Notes: generated by a model not told the origin, from the letters alone. DNA of 64,000 bases from an uncultured Anaerolineales bacterium (GCA_964492135.1 CAZBJW010000003.1:9364-73363), one strand, 5' to 3'; positions 43,972 through 54,343 are shown, numbered from the stretch's first letter. Numbers and translations: made by a program.

Positions 43972-44844
43972 CTATTCATCTCCAGGCAAGAATCTCCTCT
44001 CCAACTCATAAATACCAGCCAGGCCGAGAATCTCGTTTCGCTCTTCGAAACTGATCATTCGATCCAGGAACCCAAGCGTGCCCCCCTTATCCTTGATCTC
44101 CTGCAATACCGCTATCATAGCCTTGGCAGCGGCCCTGGAAACGGAGTTCGAGAAAGAGACCACTTTGTAGCCAATGTGTGCTAGTTCAGTAACGCTCAAC
44201 TGAGGAGTCTTTCCCCCCTCAACGATGTTAGCCCACAGGGGTCCATCGAGCAAAGCCGTGATTTCCCTCAACTCCTCCACAGATTCCGGAGCCTCCACGA
44301 AGACGATATCGGCACCCGCTTTGAAGTAGCCCTTAGCACGTTCGATCGCCTCGCCAAGGCCAAGTACACCACTCGCATCCGTACGGGCCATCAGCACCAA
44401 ATCCGGGTCCTGTCGTGCCTCCAATGCTGCCTTGATCTTGAGGATCATCTCCCGGCGACTGACCAATCTCTTACCTGCGAAGTGACCGCACTTCTTGGGG
44501 GCAACCTGGTCCTCGATGAAAAGCCCTGCTACCCCGGCGCGCTCGAACTCCCTCACGGTGCGCATGACGTTTATGGCGTTTCCATACCCCGTGTCCGCAT
44601 CCACGAAGACCGGTATGTTCACCGCATTCACCATGTGCCTGGCTACCATAACAGCTTCAGTCAAGGTGACGACTCCCACGTCGGATACTCCCAACAGGCT
44701 GGCCGAGACCCCAGCCCCCGTCATACCAACTGCCTCAAAACCTGCACGCTCAACCAGCTTGGCCGATAGGGCATCACAGACGAAGGGCATAACAATAACA
44801 TCTGGCCCTTGCAACATCTTCCTAAAACGTGTGGTCATCCTCAT
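43972..44844 (-). CDS. isocitrate lyase/PEP mutase superfamily enzyme (methylisocitrate lyase / oxaloacetate decarboxylase-like)
   Basis: ...MPFVCDALSAKLVERAGFEAVGMTGAG...VFVDADTGYGNAINVMRTVREFERAGVAGLFIEDQVAPKKCGH... The start is set at the internal Met (MRMTTRF). Confidence 0.8.
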   Translation of the reverse strand: MRMTTRFRKMLQGPDVIVMPFVCDALSAKLVERAGFEAVGMTGAGVSASLLGVSDVGVVTLTEAVMVARHMVNAVNIPVFVDADTGYGNAINVMRTVREFERAGVAGLFIEDQVAPKKCGHFAGKRLVSRREMILKIKAALEARQDPDLVLMARTDASGVLGLGEAIERAKGYFKAGADIVFVEAPESVEELREITALLDGPLWANIVEGGKTPQLSVTELAHIGYKVVSFSNSVSRAAAKAMIAVLQEIKDKGGTLGFLDRMISFEERNEILGLAGIYELERRFLPGDE

Positions 44845-44977
44845 AACACCATCAATCCCCCTTTCCCCGGTATTCGATTGATAACGCGCAGCATTCCGGG
44901 CGGACGCCCCTGCCACGAGCTGAAATGATCGCGTGGTTTGGACTGGAAGCACCGTTCCCCATCATGACACCACGGAT

Positions 44978-45400
44978 CTAGTTATCCTCCTGATCTCGAG
45001 GCTCCAACGCGCTCAGACACTCCTTAGCCTCTTGGGACGAGATTACATCGGCGTACTTCGAGTTCATATCCGAAAGGTTGATCGTGTGATTGACGTCCTC
45101 CGCTAAGGGTATATACCCCCTCTGCCACGAGAGCCAGCCTAGACTTGTACGAGAAGGCATCGGCCAGCGCTCCTGGTACACAGGCGTTAGTGGTGCGGGC
45201 GCACACCACTGGGCTTCAGAATACATCCACACTTTCAACTGGCTCACGCCTCACCTATAGGAGGTCCATGTTTGCGAAGACACCTCCCCAAGAGGGTCCA
45301 AGAGTTCTACCCTGTGCTGACCGAGCAGTTCTACTTGTTCCCGCCTTTTGTGCGGAGCCATATCTCGGCTCAGGAGTCCGTGATTGGTGATCACGATCTG
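44978..45400 (-). pseudogene. possible isochorismatase-family hydrolase remnant (frameshifted)
   Basis: Two overlapping frames carry family-like pieces: TTNACVPGALADAF..LALVAEG in track ORF 45024-45209, and IPLAEDVNHTINLSDMNSKYADVIS in 44978-45247. Confidence 0.3.
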
Positions 45401-45430
45401 TTGGGCTATTACTCCTAGATGGGGCCAGCA

Positions 45431-46498
45431 CTAGCCGACCAACTGTTCTATCTTGCCCACGACTAAATCGCCTATCTCAGTTGTCGACAGCCCTTGGCCA
45501 GCCTGCAAGGAAGGGATTCGGCGGCTCTGCAGGAGATCAATGATCGCATGCTCTATGAGTTGTCCTGCCTCTTTCTGACCGATGTGCTCTAGGAGCATAG
45601 CTGCCGCCGATATGGCTGCCAAGGGGTTGGCCACATTCTGCCCAGCATATTTGGGTGCCGAGCCATGGATCGGCTCGAACATGGATGTCCGGCCAGGGTG
45701 GATGTTACCCGAGCCGGCGATGCCCATACCTCCCTGCAGCATCGCTCCCAGCTCAGAAATAATGTCACCGAATAGATTCGTTGTCACTATGACATCGAAC
45801 CACTCAGGCTTCTTCAACAACCACATACAACAAGCATCCACGTAGGCGTGGTCACGCTCGATATCCGGGTACTCCTCCCCGACCTCTTGAAAGGTTCGCG
45901 TCCACAAATCATGGGCTGGGATCATGTTGGCTTTGTCCACCAGTGTCAGCCGTCGGGCTTTCTGGCGGGCCCGCGCCAGCTCGAAGGCATAGCGGATGAC
46001 TCGCTCTGTGCCTTGCCGGGTGTAGATCATCTCGGCCACCGATACCTCGCTCACGGAGCCCCGCTTGTGAAAGCCGCCCGCGCCGACATAGACACCCTCT
46101 GTGTTCTCGCGCACTACCACGAGATCGATATCCTCGGGGTTCTTATCCTTGAGGGGGCATAGGTGAGCAGCATGGAGCTTGACAGGCCGCAGGTTGACGT
46201 AGAGATCGAGGGCGCTACGCAACGCAAAGACTACCGCCCGCTCCAGTAGGCCCGGCTCCACTCTTGGATCGCCAATCGCCCCCAGCAAGATGGCATCTAA
46301 CAGACGATACTCATCCAAAGTCCTTTCTGGCATCAACTCGCCAGTCCTAAGATAGTGCTGGCAACTCCAAGGGTAGTGGACCGTCTCGTACCTGAAGCCC
46401 TTGGCCTGGGATACAGCCCTGAGCACCTTCAACGCTTCCGCTATGACCTCAGGACCGATGCCGTCGCCCGGAATAACGCCAATGCGGTAGCTCTTCAT
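45431..46498 (-). CDS. isopropylmalate/tartrate dehydrogenase-family oxidative decarboxylase
   Basis: 355 aa, IGVIPGDGIGPEV...LLGAIGDP...NLRP...VVRENTEG.Y...NLFGDIISE.., typical of beta-decarboxylating dehydrogenases. Confidence 0.85.
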   Translation of the reverse strand: MKSYRIGVIPGDGIGPEVIAEALKVLRAVSQAKGFRYETVHYPWSCQHYLRTGELMPERTLDEYRLLDAILLGAIGDPRVEPGLLERAVVFALRSALDLYVNLRPVKLHAAHLCPLKDKNPEDIDLVVVRENTEGVYVGAGGFHKRGSVSEVSVAEMIYTRQGTERVIRYAFELARARQKARRLTLVDKANMIPAHDLWTRTFQEVGEEYPDIERDHAYVDACCMWLLKKPEWFDVIVTTNLFGDIISELGAMLQGGMGIAGSGNIHPGRTSMFEPIHGSAPKYAGQNVANPLAAISAAAMLLEHIGQKEAGQLIEHAIIDLLQSRRIPSLQAGQGLSTTEIGDLVVGKIEQLVG

Positions 46499-46970
46499 CT
46501 TTGACCTCCTAATATCCAGCTTGACGACCTTTCGCGTGGCTTGGCCTCCGCTCTACGAAGTTTGACGGCCCTCACCGAGCGCTGACCTTCTCCAGGAAAT
46601 CGCGGAAGAGGGTGAGCTCCAATGGACTCTCCCAGTGGGGTTTCCATTCAGGCCAGGAACATGATCGATGTACACTTCGTGACCAGTCATCATGCCTGTC
46701 GTCGCTGGGGCATTCGGAATAGTCCAGCTCGTGCTGGGGGCCTTCCAAAAGAAGATGCTGATGAACGACTGGGCCGCGAATATGGAGCTTGTCCGAGTCG
46801 GTTTGGGCCAGTGTAGGTAGAACTCCCCGCCAACAGGCTTCGGAATAGTGGCCCAAACACTGACCAATACATCGGGGAGAGCAGTTTCCGTAAACTTGGT
46901 CGTGGCTCTGCCTTTCAGGGACTGGGAAGTGTTAGCCCGCATGGGGAGTCCTCAAAGTTCTTGCACAACA

Positions 46971-47861
46971 TCAACCAAGTAGCATTATCCAGAGTGGCAC
47001 CGTCACTATGCTTGCCATCGTACTCACTAGCACCACTGCAGAGGCTAATTGCCAATCCCCTCCAAATTCAACGGGCAGGATCATGGTCATCACGGCCGAC
47101 GGCGCAGCGGCTTGCAAGATCACGATCTTGCTTACCGTCGTATTCAGTCCCAGCACGCCAGCCAGCGCCAAGGCGATTGCCGGAGAGACCAGCAGGCGAA
47201 TGCCCACTGCAATAGTGGTGGAAACAGGTTCGATTCGAGGCTTCATATCCGCTAAGGCCGTCCCCAGCAGGAGGAGCATCATGGGAATGGCGGCAGTGCC
47301 GAAGGTTGACAGGAATTCAAGGATGGAAGATGGGACCTGGAAGCCTGTGGCCCGCACCACCAAAGCCATGACTGCAGCATATAAGTTGGGTAGCCTCAAC
47401 ACGGCCTTGATTGAATCTTTCAGAGGATATCGGCCGCCGGACGCCAAAAAAGCGCCCACGGAGTAAAGAAAGATCGATTCCACCAAGATGAAGACCAGGG
47501 CCAATGGAACTGACTCTTCGCCCAATACGAATAGTACAAGAGGCAAGCCGTAGTTTCCGGCATTAGGGAACATGGATGATAGCATTAGCATAGATGCGTT
47601 GCGGGGAGAATGCTTCCAGGGTAATCGACTAGAGCCCCACGCAATTGCTCCCAGTGTAGTCAGAAGAGCCGCACAGAAGAGAGTCAGCTTAGGCACTAGG
47701 TCCAGTGGGAATTCACTAGTCAAGAAGCTAGACAGGACAAGACAGGGGTTCAGGATATACAGGGAAACGGTCGACAGGGTTCTGAGGTCGATTCGAGTGA
47801 TTCTTCGCAGAACGAAACCTACGAATGCGCTTCCGAATGTGCGCAGTATAACGTTGAGCAA
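46971..47861 (-). CDS. AEC-family (auxin efflux carrier-like) transporter
   Basis: 296 aa with about 8-10 TM helices. The TTG start is preceded by AGGAGGTG. Confidence 0.7.
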   Translation of the reverse strand: MLNVILRTFGSAFVGFVLRRITRIDLRTLSTVSLYILNPCLVLSSFLTSEFPLDLVPKLTLFCAALLTTLGAIAWGSSRLPWKHSPRNASMLMLSSMFPNAGNYGLPLVLFVLGEESVPLALVFILVESIFLYSVGAFLASGGRYPLKDSIKAVLRLPNLYAAVMALVVRATGFQVPSSILEFLSTFGTAAIPMMLLLLGTALADMKPRIEPVSTTIAVGIRLLVSPAIALALAGVLGLNTTVSKIVILQAAAPSAVMTMILPVEFGGDWQLASAVVLVSTMASIVTVPLWIMLLG

Positions 47862-47911
47862 GTAGTCACCTCCTGGACATCGCTCCCGTGTGGTAATCGG
47901 CGCATGAGAAA

Positions 47912-47940
47912 GAGGAATCCTCGAATAGATATTGACTAAA
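47912..47940 (+). promoter_or_regulatory. near-consensus sigma70 promoter for the second GntR gene
   Basis: TTGACT (47912-47917), a 17-nt spacer, then TATAAT (47935-47940), read directly. Direct repeats TATCAGATATCAG follow. Confidence 0.55.
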
Positions 47941-48000
47941 TAGCATAATCGTGGTATAATTGTTATCAGATATCAGTTCATCATTTGTCTTAATTATACC

Positions 48001-48762
48001 ATGTCTGTCAACTCTGTGTTCGAGAAAGAGTTACGGAAGCTCGAAAAGCCTAAGAGTATTCCGCTGAGGATTGTTGAGCAGATCGGATACCTGCTTGCTA
48101 CGGGCGGACTTCGCCCTGCTCAGAAGCTGCCGTCAGAAGCCGAACTGGCCGAGATATTCGGTGTAGGCAGATCATCTGTCCGCGAAGCTCTACAGGCGTT
48201 GCAACTGCTAGGCATACTGGAAGTAGTGCACGGAAAAGGATATTTCCTAAACAGTGACGCAGCTGAGGTGTTCCCCCTCTCCGTAAGCTGGGCAGGCCTC
48301 CCTGAAAGGCGGATCGCTTTACAACTTATGGAGGTGCGGGAAATCGTTGAGCTTTCAGCGATTGAAATCGCCATTGATCGGGTCACCACGCTGGATATAG
48401 ACCAAATGTGGGCTAGCCTTGCCCGGGCTGAGGAAAGCATAACCGATGCGAACGAATATGTTGATTTCGCCGTCACTTTCCACAGACATCTGATCGACAG
48501 TGCCCATAACGACGTCTTGTCAGCTATGTTTCGAGCCATTGAGAGACTCTATAGGGATGTGGCCGGCAGTATTGAGCGGACGCCGGAGCTCAACCGGCAC
48601 TATACGACACAGCACAAGCAGATCCTAGAAGCAGTCGCCGCTAAGGACGCCCGACAAGCCAAGAGACTCTTGCGTCAGCATCTGCATGACGTGAAGCAGA
48701 CATATGCCAAACAGATTCCGCAACCTACCAACGAAGGGGGACAGAACTGCGATGGCGCATAG
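48001..48762 (+). CDS. GntR-family (FadR/FCD) transcriptional regulator
   Basis: LPSEAELAEIFGVGRSSVREALQALQLLGILEVVHGKGYFL plus a helical FCD-like domain. Confidence 0.9.
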   Translation: MSVNSVFEKELRKLEKPKSIPLRIVEQIGYLLATGGLRPAQKLPSEAELAEIFGVGRSSVREALQALQLLGILEVVHGKGYFLNSDAAEVFPLSVSWAGLPERRIALQLMEVREIVELSAIEIAIDRVTTLDIDQMWASLARAEESITDANEYVDFAVTFHRHLIDSAHNDVLSAMFRAIERLYRDVAGSIERTPELNRHYTTQHKQILEAVAAKDARQAKRLLRQHLHDVKQTYAKQIPQPTNEGGQNCDGA

Positions 48763-49528
48763 CTTGATTCAAGTGAGAGATCTATGTAAGACATATGTGA
48801 CAGCCAAGAGAGAAAATGTGGAAGCCCTACGTGATCTCACCTTCGATATAGACAAAGAGGAGTTCGTTACCTGCGTCGGTCCCAGCGGCTGTGGTAAGAC
48901 TACCCTGTTGAAGATCCTGGCCGGCTTGATTCGCAGGACGAGTGGCGAGACGATCTTGGATGGCCGTCCAATCGATGGGCCCAGACCCGACATAGGTGTT
49001 GTTTTCCAAGATCCTGTACTTTTGCCATGGCGGACCGTTTTGGACAACACCCTCTTCCCTATCGAGATTCTCAAGCGGCCCAAGAAGGGGTATCACCAGC
49101 GGGCCTTAGAACTCTTGCACCTGGTCGGACTAGCGGGATTCGAGGACAAGTACCCTTTTGAGCTATCGGGCGGAATGCAACAAAGGAATTCTCTCACGAG
49201 AGCGCTCATTCACGACCCGTCGCTTCTATTGATGGACGAACCGTTTGGGGCCCTTGACGCGCTTACCCGAGAGGCCATGAACTTGGAGCTACTTAGAGTT
49301 TGGCATGAAAGCCGCAAGACAGTGTTCTTCATAACCCATAGCATCTCGGAGGCCGTCTTCCTTGCCGATCGGGTCATTGTGCTCTCATGTCGCCCAGGGA
49401 CGATAGTTAAGGTCATCGAGGTGGGTCTGGGGCGGCCTCGTTCCCTATCACTCATGGGTACGCCAGAGTTTACTGCAATAACGATGGAGATTCGAAATCT
49501 TCTAGAGGTGAGAGGAGGGATAGAGTGA
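48752..49528 (+). CDS. ABC transporter ATP-binding protein (NitT/TauT-type)
   Basis: Walker A GPSGCGKTT, signature LSGGMQQR and Walker B LLMDEPFGALD. The start is set at MAHSLIQV. Confidence 0.9.
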   Translation: MAHSLIQVRDLCKTYVTAKRENVEALRDLTFDIDKEEFVTCVGPSGCGKTTLLKILAGLIRRTSGETILDGRPIDGPRPDIGVVFQDPVLLPWRTVLDNTLFPIEILKRPKKGYHQRALELLHLVGLAGFEDKYPFELSGGMQQRNSLTRALIHDPSLLLMDEPFGALDALTREAMNLELLRVWHESRKTVFFITHSISEAVFLADRVIVLSCRPGTIVKVIEVGLGRPRSLSLMGTPEFTAITMEIRNLLEVRGGIE

Positions 49529-50364
49529 ACACGGCTACCCGCGTTGACAGTGGAGCGAAGATAAGCCTATTGGAGCGTCCAATTGTTAGGAATGCATTGG
49601 TGGGGGGCTTTGCTGTGATGGTGGTCGTTGTGTGGGAAGGCGCGGTGCGGATTCTACATTTTTCGCCCTTTCTATTGCCCGGGCCTTCAAGGATCATGAA
49701 AGCGCTCTGGCACGCGATGACCTTTGACCCCACATCGCCCAGGAGCTACTACGCGCATGCGGCGGTGACTTTGCAAGAAACCTTCATGGGCTTCTTCATC
49801 GGGGCTAGTTTGGCCATTTTTTGGGCGGGGTGTATTTCACAGTTCCCAACTCTTGAGGCCACCATATATCCCTATTTCGTTGGACTCCAGAGCGTACCGA
49901 AGATCGCCCTAGCCCCCTTGTTCGTAATCTGGTTCGGCTTTGGTATCGAGTCAAAGGTGGCGATGGCCGCGCTGATCACGTTCTTCCCGGTACTGATCAA
50001 TAGCCTTGTTGGGCTCAAATCCACTAGTCAGCCACTTCAGGAGTTGGCTGCCTCTCTTGGAGCTTCCAAGTGGCAGATGTTTTGGAAGATCAAAGTCCCC
50101 AACGCTTTGCCGTTCATCTTCGCCGGCTTGGACATGGGTGTCGTGTACGCCCTCTTGGGGGCGATTGTGGGCGAGTTCGTTGCTGGTCAGAAAGGCCTGG
50201 GCGTCTTGATCGAACAGCTCGAGTGGGCGGTGGATATCGCGGGTGTGTTTGCCGTCCTAATCCTCCTTTCTGCCATAGGGATCATTTTGCATGGGATAAT
50301 GCGTATGATCGAGAGACGCCTCTTGTTCTGGACGCGGGCAGGGATTGAGGTATATGGAGCATAG
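49525..50364 (+). CDS. ABC transporter permease (NitT/TauT-type)
   Basis: 279 aa with six TM helices and an EAA-like loop (ELAASLGASKWQMFWKIKVPNALP). Its start overlaps the ATPase stop. Confidence 0.85.
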   Translation: MNTATRVDSGAKISLLERPIVRNALVGGFAVMVVVVWEGAVRILHFSPFLLPGPSRIMKALWHAMTFDPTSPRSYYAHAAVTLQETFMGFFIGASLAIFWAGCISQFPTLEATIYPYFVGLQSVPKIALAPLFVIWFGFGIESKVAMAALITFFPVLINSLVGLKSTSQPLQELAASLGASKWQMFWKIKVPNALPFIFAGLDMGVVYALLGAIVGEFVAGQKGLGVLIEQLEWAVDIAGVFAVLILLSAIGIILHGIMRMIERRLLFWTRAGIEVYGA

Positions 50365-50512
50365 CAGCCGATTGCGGGAGTACGCGCCGCTTCACTTGTC
50401 GTGCCCCCTATCGATCTGTGGTGCTTCAGACAAGGGAGGGATAAGGAAAGATGTGATACGCTGCGATGCAACCGACGATTCGTTATGCGAGGTACAACCC
50501 GCATAGTCTTGA

Positions 50513-51685
50513 ATGGAGGCAACCATGAAGAGAGGGCCAAGAACAATATCTGTGATACTAGTATCCTCCGCGATACTAGGGTTAATGGTCGCTTGCGGGC
50601 CCGCTGCTACTCCAACGGCGGCTCCGCCCACGCCAACGGCGCCCGCTCCTACGCCAACCCCGGTCCCCCCTACGCCAGCGCCTCCTGAGTTGGTTCATGT
50701 GAAGTGGGCTCTAGGTACCGAGACGATGACCCCAATTATTCTCAATGTCGACATCTCTCGATCCGAACAATTGCATTTCTGTCAGGATCTCGGGGTCGAC
50801 ATGGAGATCATCATGACCGGTTCAGGCACCGCTAATTTGCAGGCCGTGCTCGGCGGCCAGGCTCAGTTTGGAGCCGGGACGGCGGCTACGACTTTGCCCC
50901 CGGCTGCGGAGGCAGGGGGCGACCTGCCAATCCTTCACTTCTACAACTACACTCCTGGTTTCAAATGGATGGTTGCTGTCCTGCCCGATAGCCCAGTGCA
51001 GAGTCTCTCTGATTTGGCAGGTAAGAACATCGGAGTTCGAACCCTGGGTGCTTCTTCCTATCCAATGGGCATGCTGCTTCTAGAGGCTGTGGGCCTGGAC
51101 CCTGAAGCCGACGTGACTTGGCTGGCTACGGGATCTGGGGTTGCGATGGGGGAAGCCTTGGCGGGAGGGGACGTCGATGCTGTGGTCGATTGGGACACCG
51201 GGTTCGGTGGGCTGGAGGTGGCTGGCTACGAGTTTCGCTACCTGGAGCTGCCGGATATAGGCGAAATTGGTGGCGTACACACGTACACTCATGCTGACTA
51301 CCTTGAGGAGCATCGCGATATCGCTGTCGCTGTCGGCAAGTGCATCGCCCAGGCCACTGTCTTTGCAATTGAAAACCCCAGGGCAGCGGCTTGGGTCTAC
51401 TACCAACTACATCCAGACCAGGTGCCCGCTGACAAGACCGTGGACGAGGCCATCGACAACGTACTGCACATCATTCGCTACCGGATCGAAAACTGGAAAA
51501 CGGAGGACAGGGCCGACACGAGATGGGGTTGGTTTGACCCTGTTGAATGGACAAACGAGGCCGAGTTGCGTGACCTCGTTGGCGTGATCGATCCGACTCA
51601 ATTCTACACCAATGACCTCATCGACGACATCAACGACTTCGATGAGGAGGCCATCCGCGAAATGGCGAGGGAGTTCACCTACTAG
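50513..51685 (+). CDS. ABC transporter substrate-binding lipoprotein (NMT1/SsuA-like)
   Basis: 390 aa with a signal peptide and lipobox (GLMVACG), followed by a Pro/Thr/Ala-rich linker. Confidence 0.7.
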   Translation: MEATMKRGPRTISVILVSSAILGLMVACGPAATPTAAPPTPTAPAPTPTPVPPTPAPPELVHVKWALGTETMTPIILNVDISRSEQLHFCQDLGVDMEIIMTGSGTANLQAVLGGQAQFGAGTAATTLPPAAEAGGDLPILHFYNYTPGFKWMVAVLPDSPVQSLSDLAGKNIGVRTLGASSYPMGMLLLEAVGLDPEADVTWLATGSGVAMGEALAGGDVDAVVDWDTGFGGLEVAGYEFRYLELPDIGEIGGVHTYTHADYLEEHRDIAVAVGKCIAQATVFAIENPRAAAWVYYQLHPDQVPADKTVDEAIDNVLHIIRYRIENWKTEDRADTRWGWFDPVEWTNEAELRDLVGVIDPTQFYTNDLIDDINDFDEEAIREMAREFTY

Positions 51686-51873
51686 CTCGCTCTCATCGAT
51701 TCTCCCGACATTCATGTTAGGACTGGGGTGGAATGGCTCGTTCACCCCAGTCCTAGTAGAGCCACGTTTTGTGGTGACCCGAGAGTCGGATTCGTTAGAA
51801 CTGGCTTTCCAGCGATCAGGCGCGATATGAAAAGGTCGGGGACACAGGCCACATTGAAAGGGGATTCAGTCCA

Positions 51874-52533
51874 ATGAGACTAATCGATATCAGCGTTGAT
51901 ATTCCTTCCAAGATGGAGATGCCTGCCACTTACGGGGACTCCGAGGTAGTAGCTGTCCTGACCCCTGATATGCCAGAGTCACACGGGCGCACCACACGTA
52001 AGATGACCGGCATACTCCACACGGGAACTCACATTGATGGACCGGAACACCTCATACCTGGCGGCAGGCAAATTTCCGATTTCCCCCTGGAGCAGTTCTA
52101 TGGGGAAGCTGTCGTGGCGGATGTGAGACATAGAGGGCCGAACGAAGAAATCACTGTAGAGGATCTAGACAAAGCCGTGGCCGGAAAGCTGAAACCCGGA
52201 GACATGCTCTTGATCAGGACGGGTAGAACCGGATGGAGCCGACGGACCGGCAAAGATAGCTACTACGCAGGCTCACCCTACCTCGCGAAAGATGTAGGCA
52301 GCTGGTGTGTTGAGAGAGGGGTGAAGCTGCTGGGAGCGGATTGTCGGCCGAACAAGAAAGGGGACACAAGTTACAATCCGGAAAAGGAGCTACTTCAGAA
52401 CGGCATACTCTATCTGAAGAACATCGACAATCTGGACGAAATAGGACAAGATCGCGTCACGTTGGTAGCCTTTCCCATCAAGTTCATCGGGACTGAAGCA
52501 GCGATGACCAGGGCCATCGTCATAGAGGGATGA
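51874..52533 (+). CDS. cyclase-family protein (kynurenine-formamidase-like metal hydrolase)
   Basis: 219 aa with an HTGTHIDGPEH motif. Confidence 0.75.
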   Translation: MRLIDISVDIPSKMEMPATYGDSEVVAVLTPDMPESHGRTTRKMTGILHTGTHIDGPEHLIPGGRQISDFPLEQFYGEAVVADVRHRGPNEEITVEDLDKAVAGKLKPGDMLLIRTGRTGWSRRTGKDSYYAGSPYLAKDVGSWCVERGVKLLGADCRPNKKGDTSYNPEKELLQNGILYLKNIDNLDEIGQDRVTLVAFPIKFIGTEAAMTRAIVIEG

Positions 52534-52556
52534 GGGCAGCCATTCTGTGAGCTAGG

Positions 52557-53471
52557 TTGGGGATGGCAAAAAAGACGGGGGATCCGTTGACAGGACTTGA
52601 CGACTCAGGGCCTGCTCTGCCTGATACAGCAAGGCGCTTGGTGACTGAGATGGACTTCTTGTCTCGCACGTCGTCACCGGAAATCGACGAGTACAGGCGA
52701 GCTATTCACGAACAGTACGAGGGTCTCGGCAGTCTACGAACCAAACCGAGAAGAGTCACGCGCGGCCCCAGCGCGGCCACCCTAGATCTGAAGCGAACTG
52801 CCTTGAGGCTAGGTGCGGACCTGGTAGGTGTGTGCACGATCAACCAGTCTCATGTATTTCGCGGTCGAATCGTGCCATTCCATTTTGGCGTTGTTCTAGG
52901 GAAGGCCATGAACTTTGACAAGGTTATGACTGCACCCAGTGTGGCAGCACAGGCCGAGGTGACCAGAACCTACGCATTGCTAGGCCAAATCACCATCGAG
53001 TTGGCTAGGCATATAGCAAACTGGGGCTATGAAGCAACAGTTCATCATCCAGCTGTCGATCTGCTTGGCGATGTCGACAACTCATCCGAGCTCCTCTTTA
53101 TACCTCACGCAGTCGCAGCTGGGCTGGGAGAGTTGGGCCGAAGCGGCATCATGCTGAATGATCTGTATGGACCTCGCCTACGCTTGGCGATGATATCGAC
53201 CGAACTGCCAATGGTGATCGATGAACCGATGACGAAGGGCATCGCCAACTTCTGTGAGTTGTGCGAGAGATGCGAACGCAAGTGTCCTGGCGGTGCTATC
53301 TCCGGCGAGAGGCGTATGTTCCGGGGCTCGGTACGATACATCACTGACTCTGGCAGGTGTCTAACTCAGGTGGCGACGAATTGGGGATGCCGGCTGTGCG
53401 TGAAGGAGTGTGCTCTCAATAGGCCAATCCCCGAGCAGATCCAGAGCCTTCTGGCTAAAGTGCGTGACTAA
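52557..53471 (+). CDS. 4Fe-4S cluster protein, epoxyqueuosine-reductase / reductive-dehalogenase-like
   Basis: 304 aa with C-terminal CELCERCERKCPGGAI and a second Cys cluster CRLCVKECALNRP. Confidence 0.55.
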   Translation: MGMAKKTGDPLTGLDDSGPALPDTARRLVTEMDFLSRTSSPEIDEYRRAIHEQYEGLGSLRTKPRRVTRGPSAATLDLKRTALRLGADLVGVCTINQSHVFRGRIVPFHFGVVLGKAMNFDKVMTAPSVAAQAEVTRTYALLGQITIELARHIANWGYEATVHHPAVDLLGDVDNSSELLFIPHAVAAGLGELGRSGIMLNDLYGPRLRLAMISTELPMVIDEPMTKGIANFCELCERCERKCPGGAISGERRMFRGSVRYITDSGRCLTQVATNWGCRLCVKECALNRPIPEQIQSLLAKVRD

Positions 53472-53656
53472 CTTGGGGACGAAACTAGATCCTCAGGTTG
53501 CAGGTAGCCGCTGGTCGTTGGATAAGCAGTCCGTGGGTATTGGCTCGAGCAGAATTCGGAGGGCGATCTGGTCTATCACGTAGGTAGAGGAAACCTGCAT
53601 TGTGGTCCCCTGAGGGACGACTGCCGACCGAACAAGAAACTGTGGGGGCTGAAAGC

Positions 53657-54343
53657 GTGAAACTCACGTGGCACGGTCACGCGACGTTTGTCCTTGTAAG
53701 TCCAACCGGACTCCGCATCCTCACGGATCCGCGGGCGCCCAAGACCGGATATGATAGGCTATCTCAAGGACCCGTCGATCTTGTGGCCATCAGTCACGAC
53801 CACTACGATCACAACTGGCTGGAGGGGCTATCAGGCCCGTATAGAGCCCTCCACGGTGTTCAGGAGGAACAGGTTGTCGCGATCGCGGAGGAAGTTGCAG
53901 ATGTATTGATACGGGCCGTGGACTCGTGGCATGGTGATAGTGGAGGCTCAGAACGGGGCCCCAATGCAATCTTCGTGTTCGAGATCGATGGGATATGAAT
54001 CGCCCATCTCGGTGATTTGGGACACGTTCTTACTGCTCGACAGGTGAAACGAGTTGGGTCCCTCGACGTGCTGCTAACTCCGGTTGGGGGCCGCGCCACA
54101 ATTGACGCGTCAGGGGCTACTGGGGTGGCAGACCAGCTCCAAGCCAAGGTAGTTGTTCCTATGCACTACTGGACGCCAGACTTGCGCCCCGATCTGCTGT
54201 TCGATCGGGTTGAGCCCTTTCTCGAGGGGAAGACGGTGGTGAACGCTGAGTCTCACACTGTCACGATTGAGCAGCGTTTGCTGAAACAAGGACCTATAGT
54301 TCTGGTGCTCAACTACCGATTGACCCATGCTCGACAGGGGTGA
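53657..54343 (+). pseudogene. MBL-fold metal hydrolase with one in-frame TGA
   Basis: VKLTWHGHATFVL...ISHDHYDHN...AIFVFEIDGI[TGA 53996-53998]IAHLGDLGHVLTARQ...DVLLTPVGG...VVPMHY. Both track ORFs are in one frame, and related proteins usually have Arg or Lys at this position. Confidence 0.7.

Noticed and set aside
46553-46942. Overlapping 129-aa, 94-aa and 60-aa minus-strand ORFs between the dehydrogenase and the AEC transporter
   Set aside because: No motif was recognised in any frame and the frames compete with one another. The region is possibly a degraded gene, but I cannot support a call.
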